Shown piece by piece: positions 37,800-45,147 of a stretch of 64,000 nucleotides of DNA. The DNA is from Pseudomonadota bacterium (GTDB lineage Bacteria > Myxococcota_A > UBA796 > SXON01). The notes beneath the pieces were generated by a model. That model had not been told where the DNA came from and ran no database searches. It saw only the letters and a program-made list of their open reading frames with translations. Numbering within the stretch: the stretch's first letter is position 1; each line of letters starts with the position of its first letter. The translations under genes and the position numbers were made by a program. The stretch lies in contig JAUXTN010000147.1 in the NCBI GenBank assembly GCA_030684355.1, positions 8,687 through 72,686 on the forward strand. The letters run 5' to 3'.

Positions 37800-38809
37800 C
37801 GAGCCGACCCCCGACAGGCCTCGTCGCCGGGCCGCCGCCGCTGCTGGGTTCGCTGCGTCGGCGCCGCCGTGTCGCCGTGGATCCCCACGGCAGCACCTGG
37901 GAAGCCTGGGACACCGTCTCCGGCGAGCGCGTCCTGCTGCGCGTCTCCGGCGACGGGGAGCCCCTCCACGCCGACCTCGCCGGCCTCGCCGCGTTGCCGC
38001 TCCCGGTGCGCCCCTCCTCCGCCGACTGGCCGCACCTCCGCACCTCCGCCATCGCCTGCTCCCTCGCCGATCTCCTCCCGATCGACCTCCCGCCCGGTCC
38101 GGTCTGGACGGCGCGCCTCGCGCTCGGCGTCTTCGCCGCCCTCTCCGCCATCCACGCCACCGGGCACGCCCACGGCTGGGTCAGCGCCGAGAGCGTCGTC
38201 TCGCGCGTGGAGGGGTGGACCCTCGCCTGGCTCGGCCCCGTCGAAGGCGCCGCGATGGTCGACGATGTGCGGGCGGCCAGCACCCTCGTGGCCGGCTTCG
38301 ATCCGGACGGGCCGATCGGCGAGCTCGTGGCCGGGTTCGCCGACGACCCGCCGCCCTCCGCCGCCGACGCCACGCGCCTGCTCCTCCACGCCTGCGCCAC
38401 CACGCTCGCCGCCGAGCATCACGCCCTCGTGCGGCGCGCCCGCGCTCTAGGGGCGGCGTCCGGGCGCGCGCGCCTGCGTCGGCTCGCCGGCCGCCTCCAC
38501 GGGTCGACCCCACCTCCGCGGGCCCGGGGCCGGATCGCGGTCGATGCCGACAGCATCGCGCTCACCGTCGAGAGCGACGGGGTCGAGATCCGCGGCGCGC
38601 ACGGGCTCGGCGCGGCGACACCCCCGGCCGCCGGCTTCGTGGTGTGGGGGCGGAGCGGGCTCGACCCGGTGTCGGCGCGGCTCCTCTTGCGGGCGTGGGC
38701 CCGCCGCGAGGGCGCCGACGAGGATCCCGACGTCGCCGCGCTGATGCGCTGGCTCGCCGCGGCGTCGCGGCTTCGGGTGGACCTCCTGCTGCTCGCCGCG
38801 CGCGGCTGA
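37796..38809 (+). CDS. Kinase-like (probable pseudokinase) protein
   Basis: GTG 37796 overlaps the previous stop as GTGA. VAVDPHGSTWEAWDTVSGERVLLRV and LSAIHATGHAHGWVSAESVV resemble the kinase N-lobe and catalytic loop, but they lack the Lys, HRD and DFG residues. GC3 bias is good. The assignment is weak. Confidence 0.5.
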   Translation: MTSRPPTGLVAGPPPLLGSLRRRRRVAVDPHGSTWEAWDTVSGERVLLRVSGDGEPLHADLAGLAALPLPVRPSSADWPHLRTSAIACSLADLLPIDLPPGPVWTARLALGVFAALSAIHATGHAHGWVSAESVVSRVEGWTLAWLGPVEGAAMVDDVRAASTLVAGFDPDGPIGELVAGFADDPPPSAADATRLLLHACATTLAAEHHALVRRARALGAASGRARLRRLAGRLHGSTPPPRARGRIAVDADSIALTVESDGVEIRGAHGLGAATPPAAGFVVWGRSGLDPVSARLLLRAWARREGADEDPDVAALMRWLAAASRLRVDLLLLAARG

Positions 38810-38813
38810 GCGG

Positions 38814-39521
38814 CTACCAGCCCACCGCCAGCAGGTACGACCGCCCGCAGTCCGCGTTCGCGATCGACTCGACCACGAGCTCGTAGGTCCCACCGTCGTC
38901 CTGGAAGCTCACGTCCTCCATCGTGAGCGTCAGGGTGTCGCTGCCGAACACCTGCGCCACCTCCTCGGCGGGGAGGTCCCCGTCGGAGGAGAGCCGGTTG
39001 AGCGTGAAGCGCCAGGTGGCGTCCTCCGGGATGCCGGAGAGCGTCATCGTCACGGTGAACAGGCTCCAGCCGCTGTCCGTCATGGTGAACGCGTAGCGGT
39101 CCACGTCGTCCTCGCCGGACAGCGTCGCGACGGCCGAGAGCTCGGGATCGTCGTCGAGGCCGCCCACGGACACGGCGGTGGCGTCGTTCGGCTCGTAGCC
39201 GTCCGGCGCGGCGTCCTCGTCGACGGCGTCGTCGCAGTCGTCGTCAACCGCGTTGCACACGTCCTCGGCGTCGGGGTGCACGGTGAGGTCGAAGTCGTCG
39301 CAGTCGCCCTGGGCCTCGGACCAGCCGTCGCCGTCGTCGTCGACCTCGAGGGGGTCGGGCGGCGCGGTGTCGTCGGTCTCCCCGGGGTCGGTGTCGGTCT
39401 CGGCGCCCCCGGTGTCGGTGTCCTCGGCGGTGTCGGCGCGGTCGTCGACGGCGGCGGTGTCGTCCACCACGACGCCCGTCGCGGCCGAGAAGTCGCATGC
39501 GAGCGCGAGGAGCAGGAGCAT
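38814..39521 (-). CDS. Acidic lipoprotein with MopE-like putative metal-binding motif and pre-peptidase-C-terminal-like domain
   Basis: Start ATG 39521 (MLLLLALAC). GDCDDFDLTVHPDAEDVCNAVDDDCDDAVDE resembles the myxobacterial putative metal-binding motif. EPNDATAVSVGGL...DVDRYAF is PPC-like. The rest of track ORF 38814..41447 was rejected. Confidence 0.75.
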   Translation of the reverse strand: MLLLLALACDFSAATGVVVDDTAAVDDRADTAEDTDTGGAETDTDPGETDDTAPPDPLEVDDDGDGWSEAQGDCDDFDLTVHPDAEDVCNAVDDDCDDAVDEDAAPDGYEPNDATAVSVGGLDDDPELSAVATLSGEDDVDRYAFTMTDSGWSLFTVTMTLSGIPEDATWRFTLNRLSSDGDLPAEEVAQVFGSDTLTLTMEDVSFQDDGGTYELVVESIANADCGRSYLLAVGW

Positions 39522-39554
39522 CACCGATACAGTAGCCCGAGTAGACTGCCGCGC

Positions 39555-41345
39555 ATGCCCTGGGTCGCCCTCCTCCCCGCGGTCCTCGCCGCCGCCGCGC
39601 TCACCGACGGCCGCCACGAGCTCGTCGTGGCCGCCTTCGCCGTGCCCGCGCTGCTCTGGCTCCCCGGGCGCGGGATCGCGCGCCGCCTCTCCCGCGATCC
39701 GCTCGAGCGCGTCGTCCTCGCGTTCTGGGTCTCGGCGCTCCTCGCCGTGCCGGCGGTGTTGATCGGGATGTGGACCGGCCTCGGCGGCACGGGGACCCTC
39801 GCGGCGGCCGCGACCTTCACCGCGGCGAGCGAGCGGCTCGCGGCGCCCCGCGCCCGCCGCGTCCCGATCGGGCCGGTGGTGGGCGCCCTCGCGGTGGTCG
39901 TGCTCGTCGGCGGCCTCGCGTGGAGCTGGCGCGAGACCATCGCGCGCCCGATGGACGGCTACTGGTGGTTCGCGCCCGCGGAGTCGGCGTGGAGCGAAGG
40001 GCGCGCCACGAGCCCGCCGACGGCGGGGGCCGGCTGGCGCGATCGGCGGCTCGTCGGGTGGCCGGAGGCCGGGGCGATCCGCCTCGTGCCGCGCGCGCCA
40101 GACCCCTTCCTCCTCGGCCCGGCGGAGGGCCCGCTCGTCGTGGCGCTCCAGGCCCCCGTCGGCGCGGCCATGCGCGTCGGCGACCAGGAGGTCATCGTCC
40201 GGTCGCAGGTCGAGGAGTCGGCCGACGAGGGGCCCGTCCAGCGCTACCTCGCGCGGGGCGTGGCCGCGGTCGAGGTCAACGCGACGCTCGGCGCCGGCCA
40301 GCGCCTCCAGATCAAGCTCTCCCAGCCCGCGCAGAGCACCGTCTACCTGCTCGCCGGCCCCGATGCCGTCTGGGCCCTGGACGCCGGCGGCGCGCTGCGC
40401 TTCGTCCACTACTACCAGCTCCTCAACATGGTGGAGCAGGTCGTCTGGGCGCGCGAGCTCTACGGGGATCGCCGGGTCACGGACGTCCAGCCGCCGCTCC
40501 CCAGCTACGTCCTCGCCGCGCCCCTCGCGGTGGCCGGAGGCGAGCTGCCCACCGCGAACCTCGTGTTCCTCCTCGAGCTCCTGATGGTGGGGATCGCCGG
40601 CGTGCTCGCCATCCGGGCCTGGGCCCCCCGCGCACCGGCCCTGACCTGGCTCCTCCCCGCGGGCGCCGTCGCGATGCACGGCAAGCTCCTCCTGGAGCCC
40701 GCGAGCGCCATGCTGCCCGACACGCTCTACACCCTCGCCGTGCTGGGCACGGTCACGACGCTCGCCCGGTCCCGCGACCGCGGCGCGGCCAGCGCGTACG
40801 CCGGCTTCTCGCTCCTCGCCCAGCTCACGCGCTACCCGGGCGGGTTGGTGGCGGCGATCGCGGGCCTCTTCGCGGGCGTGCCGCGCCGGGTCGCCGCCAT
40901 GCTCGTCCTGGTGCTGGGGGTGGCCGGCGTGTTCGCCCTCGCCGGCCGCGCGAGCGGGAGCCTGGATGGCTGGATGGGCACCGTCTGGTGGGAGACCTTC
41001 CCCGAGCACTGGCACGACGAGGCCGATCCCGCCGTGCTCCTGGCGCGCGCGCCCCGCTTCTACGGACTCTGGCTCGCCTACGCCGGCGGCCTCCCGATCC
41101 TCGCTGCGCTCCGCTGGCCGCGGGGCACGCGCGTGGCCCTCGGCACCGCACTGGTCTACTCCCTGCTCCTCTGCACCATCGATCACACGCCGCCGCACTA
41201 CTTCCTGCCCTTGCTCCAGCTCTCCGCGGTCGCGACGGCCTGCACCGCGGCCGCGATGGAGCACCCCGCGTTGCGCGTCGGGATCCCATTCGTCGGCCTC
41301 GTGGGGATGGGCGTCGCCTATGGGTGGATGCCGATCGAGGGATAG
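39555..41345 (+). CDS. Polytopic membrane protein with a large extracytoplasmic loop (function unknown; possibly GT-C-like)
   Basis: Start ATG 39555 (MPWVALLPAVLAAAAL). There are more than 10 hydrophobic segments and a ~200-aa soluble insertion after TM4. No catalytic motif recognised. Confidence 0.7.
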   Translation: MPWVALLPAVLAAAALTDGRHELVVAAFAVPALLWLPGRGIARRLSRDPLERVVLAFWVSALLAVPAVLIGMWTGLGGTGTLAAAATFTAASERLAAPRARRVPIGPVVGALAVVVLVGGLAWSWRETIARPMDGYWWFAPAESAWSEGRATSPPTAGAGWRDRRLVGWPEAGAIRLVPRAPDPFLLGPAEGPLVVALQAPVGAAMRVGDQEVIVRSQVEESADEGPVQRYLARGVAAVEVNATLGAGQRLQIKLSQPAQSTVYLLAGPDAVWALDAGGALRFVHYYQLLNMVEQVVWARELYGDRRVTDVQPPLPSYVLAAPLAVAGGELPTANLVFLLELLMVGIAGVLAIRAWAPRAPALTWLLPAGAVAMHGKLLLEPASAMLPDTLYTLAVLGTVTTLARSRDRGAASAYAGFSLLAQLTRYPGGLVAAIAGLFAGVPRRVAAMLVLVLGVAGVFALAGRASGSLDGWMGTVWWETFPEHWHDEADPAVLLARAPRFYGLWLAYAGGLPILAALRWPRGTRVALGTALVYSLLLCTIDHTPPHYFLPLLQLSAVATACTAAAMEHPALRVGIPFVGLVGMGVAYGWMPIEG

Positions 41346-41428
41346 GCATCGCGGAAGCCCCTGTTCCTGCGATGGGTAGCCGCCTTCCCATCGCCAGGGA
41401 ACCAAACGCTCGGCAAGTTGTCCCCCGA

Positions 41429-41450
41429 GTTGTGCATAGCTGGGCACAAC
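41429..41450. promoter_or_regulatory. Inverted repeat upstream of the DUF5989-like gene (possible operator)
   Basis: gttgtgc-atagctgg-gcacaac has 7-bp perfect arms and lies 82 nt upstream of ATG 41532. A half-site-like agttgt occurs 12 nt further upstream. Confidence 0.25.
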
Positions 41451-41531
41451 TCACGGAGGACCCCGCGTCAAGTGTGCTGGCAGGCGGTCTTGCGCGTTTC
41501 CGATCGCCTCGATCTGAGGTACGATCGGTGC

Positions 41532-41711
41532 ATGTCCAGCGATCCCGTCCTCCCCGGCGCACCGAAGAGCATCCTCTCCGAATTCTGGGACTTCATCGTC
41601 CACGAGAAGCTCTGGTGGATGACCCCCATCGTGGTCGTCCTCCTGGCGATGGTCGCGTTCATCCTCTTCGCCGAGGCGAGCCCGGTCCTGCCGTTCATCT
41701 ACGCGCTCTGA
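41532..41711 (+). CDS. Small membrane protein, DUF5989-like
   Basis: MSSDPVLPGAPKSILSEFWDFIVHEKLWWMTPIVVVLLAMVAFILFAEASPVLPFIYAL. The pattern (amphipathic N-terminus, K.WW..P, one TM, PFIYxL C-terminus) matches small proteins usually found next to carbamoyltransferases. Confidence 0.6.
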   Translation: MSSDPVLPGAPKSILSEFWDFIVHEKLWWMTPIVVVLLAMVAFILFAEASPVLPFIYAL

Positions 41712-41832
41712 CGGCGGCGAAGACGGCTCCGATCCGCGCCCGCGTGGCGGCGGCCCCTCGTTCGCGTGGTGGCCCGGCCCGGAGAGCCGTCGCTCGCGCC
41801 GCGTAGGACTCGCGCCGCCTGGAACTCGCCGC

Positions 41833-42078
41833 CTAGAACATGCGGGACGCGCGCTCCATGTCGAGCGGCGTCGGATCCCGCGTCACCCGGTGCGTCGCCG
41901 CGTCCTTGTCGGCCGGCGCGCGATCCAGCATCCGCTTTCCGCGCGCGCGCATCACCAGCGCGACGGGCGCCAGCCCGACCACCCAGGTGACGAACATGAG
42001 CACGGCGCTCTGCGCCCCGACGATGCCGCGGACGGCAACGTTCCACCCGATCCACAACCGTCGGAACAGCTCGAGCAT
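41833..42078 (-). CDS. Small hypothetical membrane protein
   Basis: 81-aa ORF with high GC3. One or two hydrophobic segments (SAVLMFVTWVVGLAPVALV). No homolog recognised. Confidence 0.45.
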   Translation of the reverse strand: MLELFRRLWIGWNVAVRGIVGAQSAVLMFVTWVVGLAPVALVMRARGKRMLDRAPADKDAATHRVTRDPTPLDMERASRMF

Positions 42079-42216
42079 GTGTCAATGTCCGTCGTCGGCC
42101 GCGCTCCGTCAAGCACGTCCGTTGCCCAGGGATCCGTCGCGTGCTACTCCGGCCCCGCGCCGGCCTGCCCGGTCGGACGGGCCTCCCGGCGCGTTCGAGC
42201 TCGATCGGAGTAAACG

Positions 42217-43545
42217 TTGACCGCTTCCCTCCTCGCGCTCCTCCTCCAGTCCGGGTCGGCTTCGGCCACCGAGCTCACGTGGGACGGCTTCTACCGCGGC
42301 CGTGCCCTCGCCTACGACTCGTTGTCGCTCTCGAGCACCAACGCGTCGACGGAGGGGTTCAGCGGCTCGTTTGACCACCGCATGTCGCTGCGGCCGGCCT
42401 GGCTCCTCTCGGAGCACGCGTCGCTGCACGCCCAGGTGGACCTCTTCCCGTTCCAGCTCTGGGGCGCGGAGCCGGCCACCTACGTCGATCCCGTCACCGG
42501 CGAAGAGACCGCCATCGCCACGGCGGACGGCACGGCCACCTCCGGCGCCGGCCTCGTGGCCACGCGCGCCTGGGCCGAGGCCTACACGCCCATCGGCCGC
42601 TTCGCCCTCGGGCGCATGCCGATGCAGTGGGGCGCCGGGATCCTCTGGAACGACGGGAACGATCCCGAGGACGAGTACGGCGACACCGCCGACCGCCTCA
42701 TGTTCTCCACCCGCGTGGGCCCGGTCTTCGTCTTCGGCGCGTATGACGTGCAGTTCGAGGGCGACGTCGGCTTCGAGGACGACATGCAGTCGGCCTCCCT
42801 CGGCATCGGGTACCGCAGCGAGACCGCCGGCGTGGGCCTCCTGAACAACTACCGTTACCAGACGAGCAAGCAGTACAAGGCGTACACCGGGGACATCTGG
42901 GCGTTCACCGAGCTCGGCCCCGTGCGCGCGGAGCTCGAGGTCGTGGGCGTCGTCGGCGGGGGGGACCTCGAGACGGGCGCCACCGGCGTCGACATCCTCG
43001 CCTTCGGCGGCATGCTCAACGCCGCGTACTCCACCGACAAGCTGACGCTGGGCATCGAGGGCGGCTTCGCCACGGGCGACGCCGACCCCGCCGACTCGAG
43101 CATCCGCACCTTCTCGTTCGACCGCGACCACAACGTGGCGCTGGTCCTCTTCGAGGAGACGCTCCCCACCCTCCAGGCCGCCGTCCCGAACGACAGCAAC
43201 CAGGGCCGGAACACCGACGCCGCGCTCCTCGGGGACGGGCTCTCCAACGTGCTCTACCTGCGCCCGGCGGTGAAGTACCACCTCCTCCCCGAGGTCGAGG
43301 CCGAGCTCTCCTGGTTCACCGGCACGATGGCCGCGGGCCCGGACACGACCGACGGCCGCAAGGGCTACGGCAACGAGATCGACCTCTCCCTCCGCTACGA
43401 TCCGCACCCGCACGTGTGGGTGAAGGGGTCGGCCGGCATCCTGCTCCCGGGCAAGTACTTCACGGAGTACGAGGATCCGGATCTCGGCCGCGGGTTCGAG
43501 AAGGCGAGCTGGGGCGCGCGCCTCATCGGCACGGTGGAGTTCTGA
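42217..43545 (+). CDS. Outer-membrane beta-barrel protein (porin-like)
   Basis: TTG start is the only start after an in-frame TAA two codons upstream. The signal peptide ends SASA-TE. The sequence shows alternating beta-strand patterns and a C-terminal ...ARLIGTVEF (terminal Phe, an OMP signature). Confidence 0.75.
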   Translation: MTASLLALLLQSGSASATELTWDGFYRGRALAYDSLSLSSTNASTEGFSGSFDHRMSLRPAWLLSEHASLHAQVDLFPFQLWGAEPATYVDPVTGEETAIATADGTATSGAGLVATRAWAEAYTPIGRFALGRMPMQWGAGILWNDGNDPEDEYGDTADRLMFSTRVGPVFVFGAYDVQFEGDVGFEDDMQSASLGIGYRSETAGVGLLNNYRYQTSKQYKAYTGDIWAFTELGPVRAELEVVGVVGGGDLETGATGVDILAFGGMLNAAYSTDKLTLGIEGGFATGDADPADSSIRTFSFDRDHNVALVLFEETLPTLQAAVPNDSNQGRNTDAALLGDGLSNVLYLRPAVKYHLLPEVEAELSWFTGTMAAGPDTTDGRKGYGNEIDLSLRYDPHPHVWVKGSAGILLPGKYFTEYEDPDLGRGFEKASWGARLIGTVEF

Positions 43546-44414
43546 TGCCGGGCGTGTGGCAGGGCGTCCACACCGCCATCGTCACCCCCTTCCGGGACAC
43601 AGCGTCGTCTTCGAGCGTGGTCGACGAGCCCGCCTTCCGCGCCCTGGTCGCGAGGCAGATCCGCGGCGGGGTCCAGGGCGTCGTCGTCGCGGGCACCACC
43701 GGAGAGTCCCCCACCGTCGACGCCCACGAGCGCGAGGTCCTCCTCCGCATCGCCCTCGAAGAGGCCGGTGGCGGCATGCCCATCACCATGGGCGTCGGCA
43801 CGAACGACACGCGGTCCACCGTCGCGAACACCGAGCGGGCACGCGAGCTCGGGGCCGCGGCCGGGCTCCTGGTCCTCCCCTACTACAACAAGCCCACCCC
43901 CGAGGGCCTGCGCGCGCACGTGCGCGCCACCGCCGCCGTCGGGCTCCCCCTCGTCGTCTACCACGTGCCCGGCCGCACCGCGCAGCGCCTCTCCCCCGAG
44001 CTGCTCGCGTCGCTCTGCGACATCGACAACGTGGTGGCGTGCAAGGAAGCCACGGGGGACATCCAGTTCGGCCAGGACCTCATGCTCCTGACGAAGAAGC
44101 CGGTCCTCTCGGGGGATGACTTCACCTGGCTCCCGCTCCTCTCGGTCGGCGGCACGGGCGTCATCTCGGTGGTCTCGAACATCGCGCCCGCCGCCACCGT
44201 AGCGGTGTGGAAGGCCTGGAAGGCGCGCGAGGTCCTCGACGCCGCCGCGCGGCACCGCCGGCTCTACCCGCTCATCCGCTGGCTCTTCTCGCAGACCAGC
44301 CCCGTGCCCTGCAAGGCCGCCCTCGCCTCGCTCGGCCTGTGCGCGCCGGACTGCCGCCTCCCGCTCTCCACGGGCCAGGCCCCGCCGCCGGAGCTGCTCG
44401 CGGGGCTCACCTGA
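43545..44414 (+). CDS. dapA: 4-hydroxy-tetrahydrodipicolinate synthase
   Basis: Start ATG 43545 (TGATG overlap with the OMP stop). TAIVTPF, VVAGTTGESPT, YYNKPT and VACKEATGD (Schiff-base Lys) motifs are present. Confidence 0.93.
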   Translation: MPGVWQGVHTAIVTPFRDTASSSSVVDEPAFRALVARQIRGGVQGVVVAGTTGESPTVDAHEREVLLRIALEEAGGGMPITMGVGTNDTRSTVANTERARELGAAAGLLVLPYYNKPTPEGLRAHVRATAAVGLPLVVYHVPGRTAQRLSPELLASLCDIDNVVACKEATGDIQFGQDLMLLTKKPVLSGDDFTWLPLLSVGGTGVISVVSNIAPAATVAVWKAWKAREVLDAAARHRRLYPLIRWLFSQTSPVPCKAALASLGLCAPDCRLPLSTGQAPPPELLAGLT

Positions 44415-45073
44415 TCCGCGTCGGCGTGCACGGCGCCAGCGGGCGCATGGGCCGCCTCGTGATCGCGGAGGTGGAGGACGCTCCCGACCTCACCCTCGCG
44501 TGGGCGTGCGGCCGGGAGCTCCCCGAGAGCCTCGACGCCGACGTGATCGTGGACTTCTCCACCCCCGACGGCCTCCGCGCCCTCCTCGCCCGCGCGCGCG
44601 CCCCCGTCGTGACTGGCACGACCGGCCTCCTCCCGCACGACCTCCCCGCGGACCTGCCGTTCCCCGTTCTCCACGCCGCGAACTTCTCGCTCGGCGTGGC
44701 GGTGCTGGCGCGGCTCGTGCACGAGGCCGCGGCGGCGCTCCCCGGCTACGACATCGAGGTCGTCGAGCTCCACCACAAGCACAAGCGCGACGCCCCCTCC
44801 GGCACCGCGCTCCGGCTCGTCGAGGGCCTCGGCCCCGCGGTCTCCGGGCGCACCGGCCCGCGCGCCCCCGGCGAGGTCGGCCTCCACGCCGTGCGCGGCG
44901 GCGACATCGTGGGCGAGCACCGCGTCTACCTCTGCGGCCCCGGCGAGCGCCTGGAGCTCGCCCACGTCGCGACGCACCGGGGCTTGTTCGCGGCGGGCGC
45001 CCTCACCGCGGCGCGGTGGCTCATCGGGAAGCCGCCCGGCTTGTATCGAATCGAGGACGTCGTCGGCGGCTGA
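44411..45073 (+). CDS. dapB: 4-hydroxy-tetrahydrodipicolinate reductase (short form)
   Basis: (L)IRVGVHGASGRMGR is the Rossmann motif. ELHHKHKRDAPSGTA is the catalytic motif. No ATG/GTG/TTG precedes the Rossmann strand. The first canonical codon is GTG 44426, and CTG 44411 overlaps the dapA stop as CTGA. The 5' end is therefore uncertain. Confidence 0.85.
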   Translation: MIRVGVHGASGRMGRLVIAEVEDAPDLTLAWACGRELPESLDADVIVDFSTPDGLRALLARARAPVVTGTTGLLPHDLPADLPFPVLHAANFSLGVAVLARLVHEAAAALPGYDIEVVELHHKHKRDAPSGTALRLVEGLGPAVSGRTGPRAPGEVGLHAVRGGDIVGEHRVYLCGPGERLELAHVATHRGLFAAGALTAARWLIGKPPGLYRIEDVVGG

Positions 45074-45084
45074 GTATGCATGGG

Positions 45085-45102
45085 GCGGGGCGGCTGCCCC
45101 GC
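45085..45102. terminator. GC hairpin between convergent dapB and the radical SAM gene
   Basis: gcggggc-ggct-gccccgc forms a 7-bp stem. Flanking gggg/cccc could extend it. Confidence 0.4.
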
Positions 45103-45147
45103 AACGCCCCGCTCGAGCAGGGTTCGCGGCGGGCGGTCCGGTGCCTT

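Noticed and set aside
41478-41493. Sigma-54-like element TGGCAG-N-TTGC upstream of the DUF5989-like gene.
   Set aside because: The GG-to-GC spacing is 13 nt, not the canonical 12, and the -24 element is imperfect. A similar TGG...TTGCA at ~59970-59990 has even worse spacing.
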